A model generated the notes under the pieces. That model was not told where the DNA came from. It saw only the letters and a list, made by a program, of their open reading frames with translations, and did no database searches. A stretch of DNA of 63,895 nt, the filler included, from Intoshia linei (Eukaryota; Animalia; Orthonectida), in the NCBI GenBank assembly GCA_001642005.1. It is 7 parts of 7 records of this genome, joined end to end, with 100 filler letters (N's around TTAATTAATTAA, not from the genome) between each part and the next. Parts side by side here need not be neighbours in the genome. Positions count along the whole stretch, not along the records: positions 15,352 to 41,886 come from LWCA01000472.1; 6 more parts are not named here. One strand, 5' to 3'. Every line of letters starts with the position of its first letter. Position 1 is the first letter of the stretch. Shown here one piece after another: positions 22,895-36,600 of this stretch. A program made the translations under genes and the position numbers.

Positions 22895-22969
22895 TACGCA
22901 ATAATTTTTGGTGGTGAAATATCCCTAAAAAAACCTGGAGCATTGTCAAAGGCCAGATGGATGTCTCAC
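22895..22969 (+). mobile_element. Fragment of a hATm-like transposase
   Basis: LKKPGALSKARWMS resembles the PGAxHxARW motif. It ends at a single N. Confidence 0.45.
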
Positions 22970-23189
22970 NCAATTATGTAATTTCACTCATTTAGAAAAA
23001 AAATTGAAAATAGCTCTGTGCACCCCAAAAATTGATTATGCACCCCGGTTAAGAATTACTGCTGTATAGCTTTTCTTCTCGTGTATATTTTTGAATTGTT
23101 CAGAGAATTATCCTTATCTCACCAAAACCTGTTTCTATCTCAACATTTCACTACACTTTTGAAAAATATTGATTGATAATATTATATCA

Positions 23190-23759
23190 TTTAATTTTTT
23201 ATGTGTTAATTGGATATAAATGTATCATCTGTAATTTTTAAAAAAAAATACTCTGGGTTTTGATCGTAAAAAGAACCTTTGTTTAGTTTGGCATTTATGA
23301 TAATGCTTATCATTTTAAAAAGTATTCCAAAATTTATATTGTATACAATTCTGGGTCTTTTTTGATTTTTACAAAAAACAGTAATTTGGGGTTATAATAA
23401 GATTTTTAAATTCAAAATTATCATAATATTAATGATTGTAAAGTGTTTTGCAGATTGTGTATTTTTATATTACTAGGACGGTTTTGAATTAAAAAAAAGA
23501 AAGAATTGTGGTTTTTTACCTTGAAGGACCCAATTTGTAAAAATGACCCCGAATTTATTTTTTTTTAAATTTTAGCGCAGATTTTATATTTAAAAAATTG
23601 TCTATTCGATTATTGACCATGCAGGACTCTCTTTCGGAAAATAAAATATAAACATCACTCGCGAAAACCTGTATGGAATTTTAATTTTATAAATTATACG
23701 ACCGTTAATTTTTTAAATAATCGGTTACATAACCCTCAATTTTATATACAATTAAAGGA
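23190..23759 (-). mobile_element. Helitron family 5' fragment
   Basis: A|TCCTTTAATTGTATATAAAA end and similarity to 10526-11000. Confidence 0.65.
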
Positions 23760-23908
23760 TAATAAAGGGCAATGCTTGATTCAGTTAGTGATTTTTAAAT
23801 TTTATAAAATGTCACTGAGTAATTCGCTAAATTTATGATTTAACAACATACAATATAGTTAGTTGGTAGTATCGAAATATGAATAAAATAATGAAAAATA
23901 ATACATAC

Positions 23909-24083
23909 CATCAATACCGACGTGAAAATTTTTTAAATTGAAGTAATTTTGATACAAAAAATTAATTAATTTGTTTAAAATTTTAGGATTTGTTTGAGTT
24001 CTGTAAAGTAATTTAAATACGTTTTTGAACATTCCATCGACATTTTCATTTTTTGAATGTATAACAGCTTTAAAATACAGTAT
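23909..24083 (-). CDS. Isolated exon-like segment of an unidentified gene
   Basis: AG...GTATG-bounded open frame of 58 codons, ILYFKAVIHSKNENVDGMFKNVFKLLYRTQ...FHVGID. No consistent neighbouring exons found. Confidence 0.35.
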
Positions 24084-25750
24084 CTAATTAAATTTTTATG
24101 TTTACATTGTTGATTAATGTATTATTAGGTGCTTAACACATTGAAAAATTTTAACTAAACTTTATGTTACATTTTTTTATTTTCAGCAGTTTTTTCTTAA
24201 AATCAGTAAAATCAATTAGCGAGAAATATCAAACATATATTGTCGTTTTTTAATAATGAAGCTGAACTTTATAAAAAATTGAATGTGGTGTTTGCTTTGA
24301 TATTTACATGCAATTAATAAATAATTATTAGTTAATGAATGTGCTATAATGTTATATTTATAATATCATATTGGGTGCGGCATGTTTACCCAGAATAATT
24401 TAAAATAAAGTCATCTATAATTATAGATTATAATATTATAATAAATAAACCTAAAATTCTTTAATAAGGAAATTTGGGGTTTAGATTCATAGCCGTGGCC
24501 CTTTTATGACTGATAAAAGAAGATTCACAACATAATATAAGAATGCTTATTGCTTTTATCATTAATTTTTAGATTACCAGTGAACCGTGTCAGAAATATT
24601 AATAATCTTGATGAAAAATTGAAATTTTTTCTTAACGTGAAGTAAAATTTTCCAAAAATGTAACACTTAATATTAGTATTCCTATTTATATTATAATGTT
24701 AAAATTACATTTCTATATATTGACGGACTAAAATATTTGTTTTTCAAAATTTCGAGAATAAAGAGAGCAATTTTAAATTTATTTTGTATTATAAAGTTTG
24801 TACACTGATTGAATAAATTGAGAATTGCATTTAAATATATAATAAATAGGTCACCGAAATTATTTACTCAATTATTAGAATGCATAGATACATTAATGTT
24901 TTTATACCATAAAATTCATTAAATGGAACAATACTTTAATCACAAATTTCTAAAGTAATTTCTACGAAAAATATTTGTATTTTTTTTTATTAAAATTCAA
25001 ATCAAGCAAACATGATTAACTTATTTTGATTAACGCGTATTTAGGTTTATAATATTGGTTGAAAAGCTCTCAGACAGTTGCTTCTTGATAACGCAATAAA
25101 AAATTTATGTCTCTAGTGTCAATTTTCTTGGTGGACCAAATGTGAAAAAACTATTATGCGGGCTGCACAAAAAAATCTTATTCAAAACATTGTTAAAACT
25201 AACAGTTTTAATTAATTTATAATACTTTTAATTCATAAAATGAAATAATATAAATATTAATAATAGCAACAATAATAATGGAATAACTGTACAATTATTT
25301 TAAAATTGTAATTATGAATAAATGAATCATGAAAAATATATGAAAAACCTGTAAAAAAAGAAATATGTATAAAAAATTGTTATAAAAATTAATATTATAA
25401 CGGAAATTCCACAATTGAGGGCGGGCCGCATAATTGATACCCCTGCTCTAGACACAAACATAAATAATGTAGATAGTATTTTAAAAATCAAATAATAAAA
25501 TAAAATAAAATTCGAATAAGTTACTAAGAAACATAATTAATTTGTAGTTTTGGAAGAATACATTTGTGGTGTATTATTCATTTTCGGTGGCTTCGAGTTT
25601 GGTAGGTTCGATTGTGCTCTAGTGCAGACAAATGAAATATATTAATATGTAAATTAAGTCAAACGTTGAAAAAATTTATTTAAAAAACATAATACATCAA
25701 TTTTAATAAAATATTTACAAATTTTATGATATTAACCATTTAAAGCCGCA

Positions 25751-27343
25751 TTAATCCCATATTTCATCCAAAAGAACATCCAATTTATTTGGTTTTCTTA
25801 AATATGCAAAATAAATAATCATTGCCGCGAACGAACCCACTACAATATAACGGCTATAATCGGGTTCCGCAAATTGCCTGTCAAATGTATCTACAGATGT
25901 CCATTTACTTGCATAACTTTCTGAGAATTTTATTGGTGTATCAAAATTGTCAATTTTTAATTTTTCTGTAGATTTATTACGAATTTGTCTAAAAATTAAT
26001 ATTTAGATTAAATTTAATATCAATGATTTAATTACTGTAATGATAAATAAAACATAACACTAAGAAATTAACTTTTAAAATAAAAAACGTAACAATGTTT
26101 TGATAACGTTTATTTTAAAAATTAAAATTGATTTGGAATTAACTGATAATGTAGTGGCTTAGAATTTTATAAAGTCAAGATTTTAATTACAGTTTTTTAA
26201 ATACACATTTTAAATACAGGACGTATAATAACATAAATTTCAACCTCCCAATTTCACATCTAAAGGATCAAAAACCCCTGTTGTCCCTCTTTTTAAAAAT
26301 CAAACGAGTTGATATAAATAAAAAAGTTCAACCCTCGAAATCTACGCATTACCGATAAAAAATAATTTTTAATATATTATCAACCAATATTTTTTAAATA
26401 TTTCGATTAAAATAAAAATTGAAAATGTAAATATTGATCCTACAATTTCAAAAAAATGTGCAGTGAACGTCTACACATTTCCAATAAAGAAATATGAATA
26501 AAAATCTATATAATTCATTCCTTCGCAATTTTTAAATTTCAAATTCTCATTTTCAAAACATTTTGAATAAAATTTAAATAAAAACTACAACAGCGAAACT
26601 AAAAGTAATACAACTTTGTTAATATCATTTTTATATTTATTACAATCCTTTGAAATTTTGGCATTTTTGAGTATTTATTAAATTGATATTGAATATATAT
26701 CATCACATTGAAAATGACAAAATAGGTTTATATAATTTCATTTTTTCTGGAATTTATGCTATTTATGACAATTTTTAGAATTATACTGTTTTTACTTTAT
26801 TTTTAATATTATACACACATTCTGTCTAATAAATTAAAAAGTTTTAACTTTATTTTTAATATTATACACACATTCTGTCTAATAAATTAAAAAAATGGGA
26901 TAATTGTTTTTAAAATTTTTTACGCAATAGCAATGTAATAAACAAAAAATTAAGATCTAATAATTCACTTTAAAGTAAAAAGTAATGTAATATGATGGTT
27001 CAACCTGAAACAAATTTGGAAACCACTTCTTTAAAGGATTGATAATAGTGAATAGTAGGATTTTTAAGTTAGATTGTAAATTTATTTTTTGGTAGTATAA
27101 AAATGTTCCCTCGGTAGAACTAGGCTACGGGGATTGATAATAGTGAATAGTAGAATTTTTAAGTTAGATTTTCAACGTGAATTTTTTGATATAATAAAAA
27201 TTGCCTTCAGCAGAGATACGTGCTATTTGTACGTAGTACATAACAGTCAACCTAATCATGTATAAAAATAAATATGTTTATTATTATATGAAAAAAAATT
27301 ACACTATATTACTTCTTATAATCGTTATCGATCTTTTCAACAT
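25751..27343 (-). CDS. UQCC4: UQCC4/C16orf91/CCSMST1-like small mitochondrial membrane protein (92 aa); exons 27343-27303 and 25988-25751
   Basis: Presequence MLKRSITIIRSNIVQIRNKS, motif PIKFSESYASKWT, and TM segment YIVVGSFAAMIIYFAYLR followed by KPNKLDVLLDEIW. Confidence 0.75.
26150..27256 (+). mobile_element. Helitron family copy with a duplicated 3' end, in the UQCC4 intron
   Basis: Shared family core. GGATTGATAATAGTGAATAGTAG occurs twice (~27035 and ~27131). End GTACGTAGTACATAACAGTCAACCTAA. Confidence 0.75.
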
Positions 27344-27673
27344 TTCTTAGATTGTAAAAGTAAGTTTATTTATAATTATGATTATAAATTTATTGACATT
27401 CTGAATCTAAATATACATCCGTATAATACGGACCTTATTTTGGAAATTTTGAGTTTATATAAGAAAGAATAAGTTTGATTTGTGTTAAATTTCTGCATGC
27501 TGTATGTTATGTTTTTGCCTAGCCTCACATTGGCACTTTTTTATTGATATCACTGATTAATAACTCTAATAATAATATAGCTGACTAATAATAACTGACT
27601 GATAATTTTTCAATTTTGTATTTATAACTTTTATTAACAAATAAGAGTAAATGATAAATGTGAGATTGTGATT

Positions 27674-30600
27674 TCATGTAATTTTGTAGTAGCCCTATAT
27701 TTATGAAAAATCATATATGATAAATAATTTTTAAATAACTTTTAAACATACTTTTATAATTTTTAAATTATGCCCTCACTGTTCCATTCGTCAATAATTG
27801 ACCGTTTTCACGACAATAAGGTTTGTTTTCACTCATCGCTTGCCTATTATGATATTATAATAATTAAATAATTAAATTTTCAGTGTTAGTATAATAGTTT
27901 TATATTATAGTAAAGATAAAATGTAAAAATATAAGATTTTGTCATTGAAATTGATCATAATGTTTATAATTTTAAAATATTTATCAGATTTTGTATTTTT
28001 GATAATTCTAGGACTTGTTTAAATTTAAAAAAAGGGATAATTGACGTTTTTGACATTGAAAGACTACATTTCTGAAAATGAAATTTGGAATAAAACATTA
28101 CACTCGCAAAACTGAATAGGAGTATGAAATTATGAATATAAAACTCGACTCCTCTTATTTTCTTAAATAAACTGGAATAAATAAATAAACAGACTTACAT
28201 TTTTAACTAATTAATTAATTACTTTGTATATGTAACGATAATATAAAACAATAGTACTTAAGGTGGACTACATGCTATATTTAAATAATATTAAAAAATG
28301 ATAATTTTAAACACAGGGTGCACAAACTTTCCATCAATTCAACCGCAGAACTACTTTACTCATTGATACTAGGGCCGCCCAAAATTTAATTTGACTTTGA
28401 GAGTTAAAATTTATTTTAAAAAAGATGGCAAAGTCAAAAATGTAACATTTTAATAAAAATATTTCCCTTGAATTTGAATTGAAATGATATATTTCATTAT
28501 GATTACATGGATTGCCAACGGCCGCATGCAACCATAAGGCCGCAGGTTGTGCACCACTGCTCTAGTCCCATCATAAAAATGTATATTACCATATCATATA
28601 ATATAACATAATAATAATGATTATAACGATATTAAAATGTACTTTTCTTTAGACATTTCCTTTTTATTTGACCTTTTCTGTCGTCGCACACAGAATACAA
28701 TCAATATTATAATTAATATTAAAAAAAGAACACCGCCACATGCAATCAAAATTATAGTTTGTAAAGAGTAACTTTCCTGTGCTAAATAGATATTTATAAA
28801 AATAGTATAATACATATAAAATAATTATAAAATGAAGTAAAATGTATTATTATTGTTATACTTTATATTTAATAACTTTAACAGTATAATCAATTAACAC
28901 ATCTATTCTAGAAAACAATATTTTTCAAGATCGTATTATCCACATAATTTTAATATATTTGTTAAATTAAACATTAATCATTATATCTACTTAATTTAAA
29001 TAATAAATCATCAAACTATCGAAATTGGGTATAATATAAATAAATATGTCCCATTTAAATAATTTGATACTGTTACATCATCGAAAAATATTTAACTAGA
29101 ATTTTTATTACATAACAAAAAATTATTTTCAAATAAATTTTTTTCAGTTTTATCAATATTTAATTTACAAACAATATTAGAGTATTTAAAAAATTCGTCG
29201 GTTTGAATGTGATTTTAAAGTTAAATTTAATAAAATAACATTATAAAATGTAATAACTAACAAACTTATTGTATTATTATTATTAAAGTTATTTTCATAT
29301 TAGTTAGCTAATTTGGTAATTATCGCATGAATTTCCAGCGTACTATTTATAATTATAAATATACTTATTAATTAATAGTAAATAAAAATTAAATTATACT
29401 ACGGTTACAGAGTTGTTCACTTATATATGCACTTTGGTTCATCTATACAGTCAATTCTGTTTTATATGAACATAAAGAGACCAGGTTTGGATCATGTTAT
29501 ACTATACTGTAATATAAACACATATGAATGGCGATAATAATAAAATTAAAAGTTTTGAAATGTCCAAACAATGTTTGTTCAAACAGAATTGTCGTGTTAA
29601 TATTGATTTGAGTTCATATTATAGGATGTTCATATATAAGAGAATTGACTGTAATTAAAAGCTTTGAAATGTCCAAATAATGTTTGTTCAAACAGAATTG
29701 TCGAGTTCATATTCCAGGGTTTTAATATAGAACGGAATTGACTGTAATAAGAAGTTTCGAGGTGTCCAAACAATGTTTGTTCAAACAAAATTGTTATGTT
29801 CATATTCTAGGATGTTCATATATAACAGAATTGACTGTATATGCAATTTTGGAATTTTCAAATTAATTTTTATACAAAAATGTAAATAATAATACATTTA
29901 TGTGACTATTTAATTAATTTGTTAATTAAAATATGATAAGGCTCTAAAAATATTGCTTAGATTGAATATTTTTAAAAATAATTTTGCTTGCTACATACAG
30001 ACTAAAATAAGGCTCACTGTTTTAGAACAATTTTATAGCTCATAGAAAACGAAGAGTATTGTATTTTAATAGTGACACTTTAAAGTGTTCACATTGAATA
30101 AGTTTCGAAATTATTTTATGAAATAGTTTGGCTTTAAGTTTTTTAAATTTAAGTTTTCATTAAATAAAAATTTTAATAAAATTAGTGTAAATATTTCTAA
30201 AAATGAAGTCTCGTAGGGGTTAAAGGGGAGGGTTTTTTAAGATTTTTTTTAAATAAATCCTTCAAAGGGAATTTTTAGATTATATTTGTTAGCAAACCTT
30301 AAAGGTATGGCTTTTTGAAGTTTTTTTAAAACTAACTCTTGAAGGATAATTTTCAGATATAAGTGAACCACTCTGTATATTAAACAATCATGATAATAAA
30401 TTAAATATAAAGTAAAAATCACCCGATCCAGCTTCCTGCGATTCTAATATATCTAAAAATTACAAATTTAAACATTTTTTAGAAATAAAATATAATAATA
30501 TTACATTATTATAATATTATATTAAATATTAATAGTAAATTAAAAAAAAATCACAATTTTGCATAGAAACGGAATTATTGTATTCTGCCAAAGCTGAGGC

Positions 30601-33600
30601 AAATTTTTTAAAACTAAAAATTTGTGTTTCAATACCAACTGGGAACAATTTTATTATACCACTACATGTCTAAATCTGAAAAAATGAGGAAACATGGGTG
30701 AAATCCTTTAAAATGAATTTGAGTTATCAAAATTTCTATGTCAAATAAAAAATTCACTCAGATTTTATTGTTTACCAAATTTAGCTTATCCATTACTATT
30801 AAAATATATTTCGATTGGCATGACAACATTGTTACACAATTTTTTTTGAAAACAACGTTTTTGTAATTTTATATATAAAATATTACTATTAATATAGACT
30901 GAAATTGTCGCAACTTTCTCTTCAACAATACCAGAAATGTTGCTTTTGGAAATACAAAATAATTGAATTTCATTTTGATAATGTACAATAGGTGATTCAA
31001 TAGATTCATTTCTAACAAGATCAATTTGTTTTGCCATTTTACGTTTAAGTTGTACTAGGCTAGACGTCTCATCGACTTTAAATGGTTCAGACGTGTCAGC
31101 TTCAAATGGTTTGTTTTCCACATCAAGATTTTCGTTGGTTGTTAATTTTGAATTGTTATTATTTAATTTTATTCCGTCGGATATTGTTAACACAGCGTAA
31201 CCTTTTCCAGTTGAAATTACTCTTTCGTCTAATGTTTGCCACGTTATAAGTGGTACAGGATTACCATCTGATGTACAATTCACTTGGTCTCCATTATTGT
31301 AATTGCTTTTGTTGGGGGTAATTTTAAGGTTTTTAGGTCGATCTAAGTTAAAATAAATTTAAAAACATTAAATGTCCAATTAAACTAAAAAATAAAAATT
31401 TTAATCAATAGTAATTAATCTTATATCTACCGTGAAAATCAAATTTACATGTAATTTGTTATTCGTATAAACAAATCTTTACAACGGTTATTAAATTACA
31501 TTAGACACATCAAAATCAGAATGTGTCAAATTTGGTCATTGATAAATTGTCTAAAGTATATATTTTGTACCGTGCATAAAATAATTAAATCATATATTGA
31601 TTAAAACTAGAATATTTTCTAAAATAGAATTGAGCCTATTATATTTATTAGGCAATTTTATCAAAAAGAACTGTAAAACAATTAATAAAAAGTATACAAT
31701 TATTCTAAAGGGCATGTATTTAACATGTAATAAATGATAAAGTCAAAGTTTTTATAGTTAAATATATATTATAAAATCATTTTACATTGTTACAATGGGT
31801 AAAAAGAATGATTAATGAAGTATAAAATTAAATCTTACACAAGACAATTTTATCATTATTTTACATCAGCTGCTCGCTGGTATCAGCTTATACTTGACAA
31901 AATAATGAGTTTTAAATTTATAATGTTAAAAATTTCGTTAATATTAATTTTTTTAATTATAAATCGATAACGGGTGCATTGTAAGCGTAATTAACTTACA
32001 GCTGTATAAAAATTTTAAATGAAATTAAAACTTATCATATTTCATTATTTAATATCGAATTTTAATTTTTACAAGTGTTTATTCACAGTGACACTTTTAA
32101 TCTGCGTGATTTTTGAATTAAAATTACATTTTAAAATTTAAATAGCAAATTTTTATTAGAGGTTAAAAATTTCTTTAATGTACCATAAATAATTATAAAG
32201 TATAATAAATTATAGTGTAATTTACAACAAATGTGGTGCCAATAATTTGTTAATATGAATTATATATATTTGCTAAATGACATTGTCACGTTTTTAATTT
32301 AATACAAAGGAATGCTAATTATTATAAAAATTTATTAAAGTTGTATACAATACATGTATGTATTTAAAATAGATAAATCATCATGTTAAATAGATGAATT
32401 AATTAATCTGTAGACAAGGGCCGCCAAAGCGGTCTACACGGACTTCTACAGGGAGTGTGAAAAATTATGAACTTGATTCAGGATAAATGGGGTCAAGAGT
32501 CGAACCTACCTAGTTTGAGGCTATTCGAAAATGAAAATAGGGTCCTAATAAAAATTTTCACAAACTATGCATAGTGTCGTAGCTTTAAAGACTACTCAAA
32601 AACTGTTAAAATAATATTTCAAATTTAAAACACAAAACAGTCATGATATTTAAGAATATAATTTTTTAAATGCTCAATTTGGAAAAATAAGCCACATTTT
32701 ACTAAAAGCATCAAATAGGCATTTAAAGAAATTATTGTTTGAAAGTAAGATTTACAGTGTCAAAATGAACACTTTAGGGCACTGGACTAATTTGATATTT
32801 TGATTGTATTATTAATATTTTGAATCACTGTTATTTTAATTTGTATTCAAAATTATGCCTTTTCTGAACACTGGCCATGTTGAAAATCTCAAGTATAATT
32901 ATACAGGAAATGAGTTTATTTTAAATATTGTGTTAAACATATAATAAAATTTGACTCCAGTATAGTAACGCGGGGAAAAAGTTTGTATACTATAATTAAC
33001 GGAATCTTCACTTTATAAACATATTTGAGACAAATTTTACCAATATTGAAAAGGATTGTAATAAATATAAAAATGATAATAACAAAGTTGTATTACTTTT
33101 AGTAGTCGTTGTTCTTTTAGATAAATTTTATTTAAAATGTTTTGAAAATGAGAATTTGAAATTTAAAAATTGCGTAGCAATGAAAAAAATTCCGAAGGAA
33201 TGAATTATATAGATTTTCACGCATATTTCTTTATTGGAAATGTGTAGACGTTCAATTTAAATTTTTTTTGAAATTGTAAATCCAATATTTACATTTTCAA
33301 TTTTTATTTTATATGAAATATTTGAAAAATATTGGTTGATAGTATATTAAAAATTATTTTTCACCGCAAATGCGTAGATTTCTGGGGTTGAAATTTTGTA
33401 TATATATCAACTGGAATAAGCTCTATCACAAAAATCTTTTTTTCTTTTTTTTTAATTTTTGAACCGTCATTATTTCACATTTTTTGGTTAAATAAAATAT
33501 TTCGGAAAAAAAATATATTAATACTAAAATGCTTTTTATTTAAAGTGAAATTTTTTGTGTGTGTCAACAGTATACAAATGTACCACCTATAAATTTATTT

Positions 33601-36600
33601 AAATTCTAGGGCGGTTTTCATAAAAAAAAGCGTAATTTGGGGTTTTGGCCCTGAAGATATAATTTTTGTAAATTTAAATTTATGATACGGTTTATGATTT
33701 TATAATCCGTATTAGCGTATATATTTGTTTACATTCTCCAACTCGTTTCGTAAGTCGTAAGTCGTAATTTTCAAAAAAAAACAATTGGGTTTTAGACCCG
33801 TAAGGTGTAAGTTTGGAGGTTAAAATTTATCTTATTATCACCCGGAAAAAACTATCATTGAAATGTTTACTTTATAAAATTTTAAGACTGGCAGTTATTG
33901 AAATAAAGTGGATCACACACACACAAACAAACAAATATTGCGTAGCATTATAATGTAAGTAAGAATTATCTGAAAAATGTTAATTATTCATATGATTGAC
34001 ATGTAAATTTAAAAAAATTAAAAAAAAAAAACTAAAATTTACATACTGCCATAATAAAAATAGATCGGTGTCGCATTAATTTTTATCATAGGTTACTCAC
34101 CGATTATACGGACTGTTACATGACTGGGTGTAATGCTTCATACAAATATATATAGTGGACTACAAGTAAATTGATTAGTATGCATCATTTTAAATGTATT
34201 TATCAATTTGAAATTTTTATAATAACTTCAAGGGTCCTCATGAACTACTTTGGTAACTCATCAGCATATTGAGTAGGTAATATTAGGTTTATTTTCCATC
34301 ATATAGAATTTAGGTGATTTTCAATAATCAAGTAATTAGTATCCACTTACTTGGTGAATTAATCGATACATATTAAAACTTTCGATAAAGTAAATACATA
34401 TAAATACATTTTATGTTTTATTACAAGATGCTAATTTGTAACAAGTGCGCATTTAAAATTTAAACATACATTATTTTAATATCGATTATTAAATATTTTT
34501 TTAGAGTAGCTTTTTTCAAATTACGAGTAGTAAGAAATTGAAAATAAATTTAAAAAAAAGTGTATAAAATTATTAATGTGCTTTTTTTAAAATCGGAGTA
34601 AACATTATACAAAATGACTTAATTAGATAAATCTAAAAAGTTTCTTTAAAAATTAAAATATATTTATGCTTCTATTATTTAACCCATTATAAACATTTTA
34701 TATGTATAATATAATATACATTATGTACTATGATAAATTATATAAATTACATTTAATATTCAGCTCTTGTGAGCAGGTAATGTTGTCATTTTTTATGACG
34801 GAACAAATGAACGGTTTATCAATATTATACATGTCTTTTGTAAATTGTCGATGTAATGAAACTCCGGATTCCAGAGTGGTGGAGGTATCATTTGAAATCA
34901 TAACTTGACCATTATGTTTCCATTGTAATAATGCTAAACCACCTTGCCGCCTCATGGTGCATTTTAATACAACAGTAGCGTTGGATCCTTCGATTAATTC
35001 AATTCCATTTTCAACTTTATATGTACAATTTATTTTACCTAAAAAATGTAAATAAAACAATATATCAATCAAGTGTGTTCACCACAGCCATATTAGTATA
35101 TATTAACATTAATTTTTACATAATTTTAAATATTATGAAAAAAATAAAATATATTAATACATAAATAACATATATAATGTAAATATATGTTTGATTTTTT
35201 TTTATTAATTTTTATTATTAATTTATATTAAATAAAGTAATAATTTCCCAATAATATTAATCAATAAAAAATCCCATAAAAAATTAAACTAATTTATCTT
35301 ATTAGTACCCTAAAAATTATCGATATATTTAGCTGAAAATTAATTAAAAAATTTAAAACTGGATAGCTTGATTATATTCCATTATTCTTAATATTAAATG
35401 AAATGACAAAATTATCGAAAATCATTTAAGCCACATTAAACTACATATTGTATTTTAGAAATAATTAATTGCAAAAATTATTGCAAAAATTTATTACAGC
35501 CATAGAAAAAGGTAGGTTATTTTCAACTAATTAAATGTATTGATTATATAATTACTTTAAAAATTTAAAGTGGATACACACATGCATTCTTTTAAAAATT
35601 TTCATTTTTGGAGAGTTTAGTTATAATTTTATATGATTGTTTATTATTAATTGTACTTTTTACATTAATTCATTTATTATTGACAATAACAATCGTCATG
35701 TTTGACTAATGGGTATTCTATCATACTTGAATTAAGGAAAAGGTGTTATGCATATTGGACATACTTTATTTATAATTTAAAAGCGCATGTGTAGTTTACT
35801 TTTTTATATTGTTCCCCATATTTTATTTTTTTCTATTTTTTAATTAAAGGTTAGCTTTTTATGTTGCTTTGTATGAATTGTTCAAAACTACTACATTCAC
35901 GAGCTATTTAAGCTATATGTGTAATAAAAATGATAATAAAGTCAATGCTGTGGATAGCCAACATTGGGTGCAGGTAAAAAATGTGGCCCTATATGAAAAT
36001 TTTAAAACTGGCAGTCTATCGTTGCGATTTTAGTTTAAACATTCTAAATTCATAGTAAAATTTTTTTCTAGTTAAACTAAAGTAAAATTGAGCATAATTA
36101 ATTAACTGACTAATTTTGAGATAATTTCTTTCATAGTTTTAAAAAAATTATTTTAACATTATAATAAACCATTACTAGGGTCGACAGATATACGCGAATT
36201 TAATCTAAAAGTATTTTAGTAATTCGCCATACTACCAATGTAGTATATAATAAATAATAATGAATATTAATAGTAATAAATAACAACTAAACTAGTTTAA
36301 AAGGTTTGCAATTAATACATTTTAATATTTTTAAGCCAATGAAGGTTAAGGCTAAGATACTATTTAACGTAATTATACATAAATTAAATTCTGGCTTTAT
36401 ATCTTTATAAAAATATTTCTAGTTCATTATAATATACATTCTAGATATAATACATGTCATACCCAGTTCTGAATCTAAGACTTGTTTAACAAATGCTTTT
36501 AAACGCATATCGATAAAAAATATTACAATTTATTTTACATTGCTTTATGATCATTCCATAAAATAATCACATATTAAATAAAATTAGGTTGCATTATAAA

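Larger units (their letters stand above)
17276..23061 (-). mobile_element. hAT Buster/Charlie (ZBED5/FAM200-type) element with a decayed transposase at ~18676-19715 and nested inserts
   Basis: Motifs YLEFGFT...KPQC (BED region), LIKPC, SLQLNESTDV, IKEEYLFC and FCEAAFS.L...RNKLDV..MRVSLS. TIR CAGTGGTTCTTAACC. Near-perfect TSD TTGTATAG/CTGTATAG. An extra copy of one end finishes at 20327. Confidence 0.8.
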
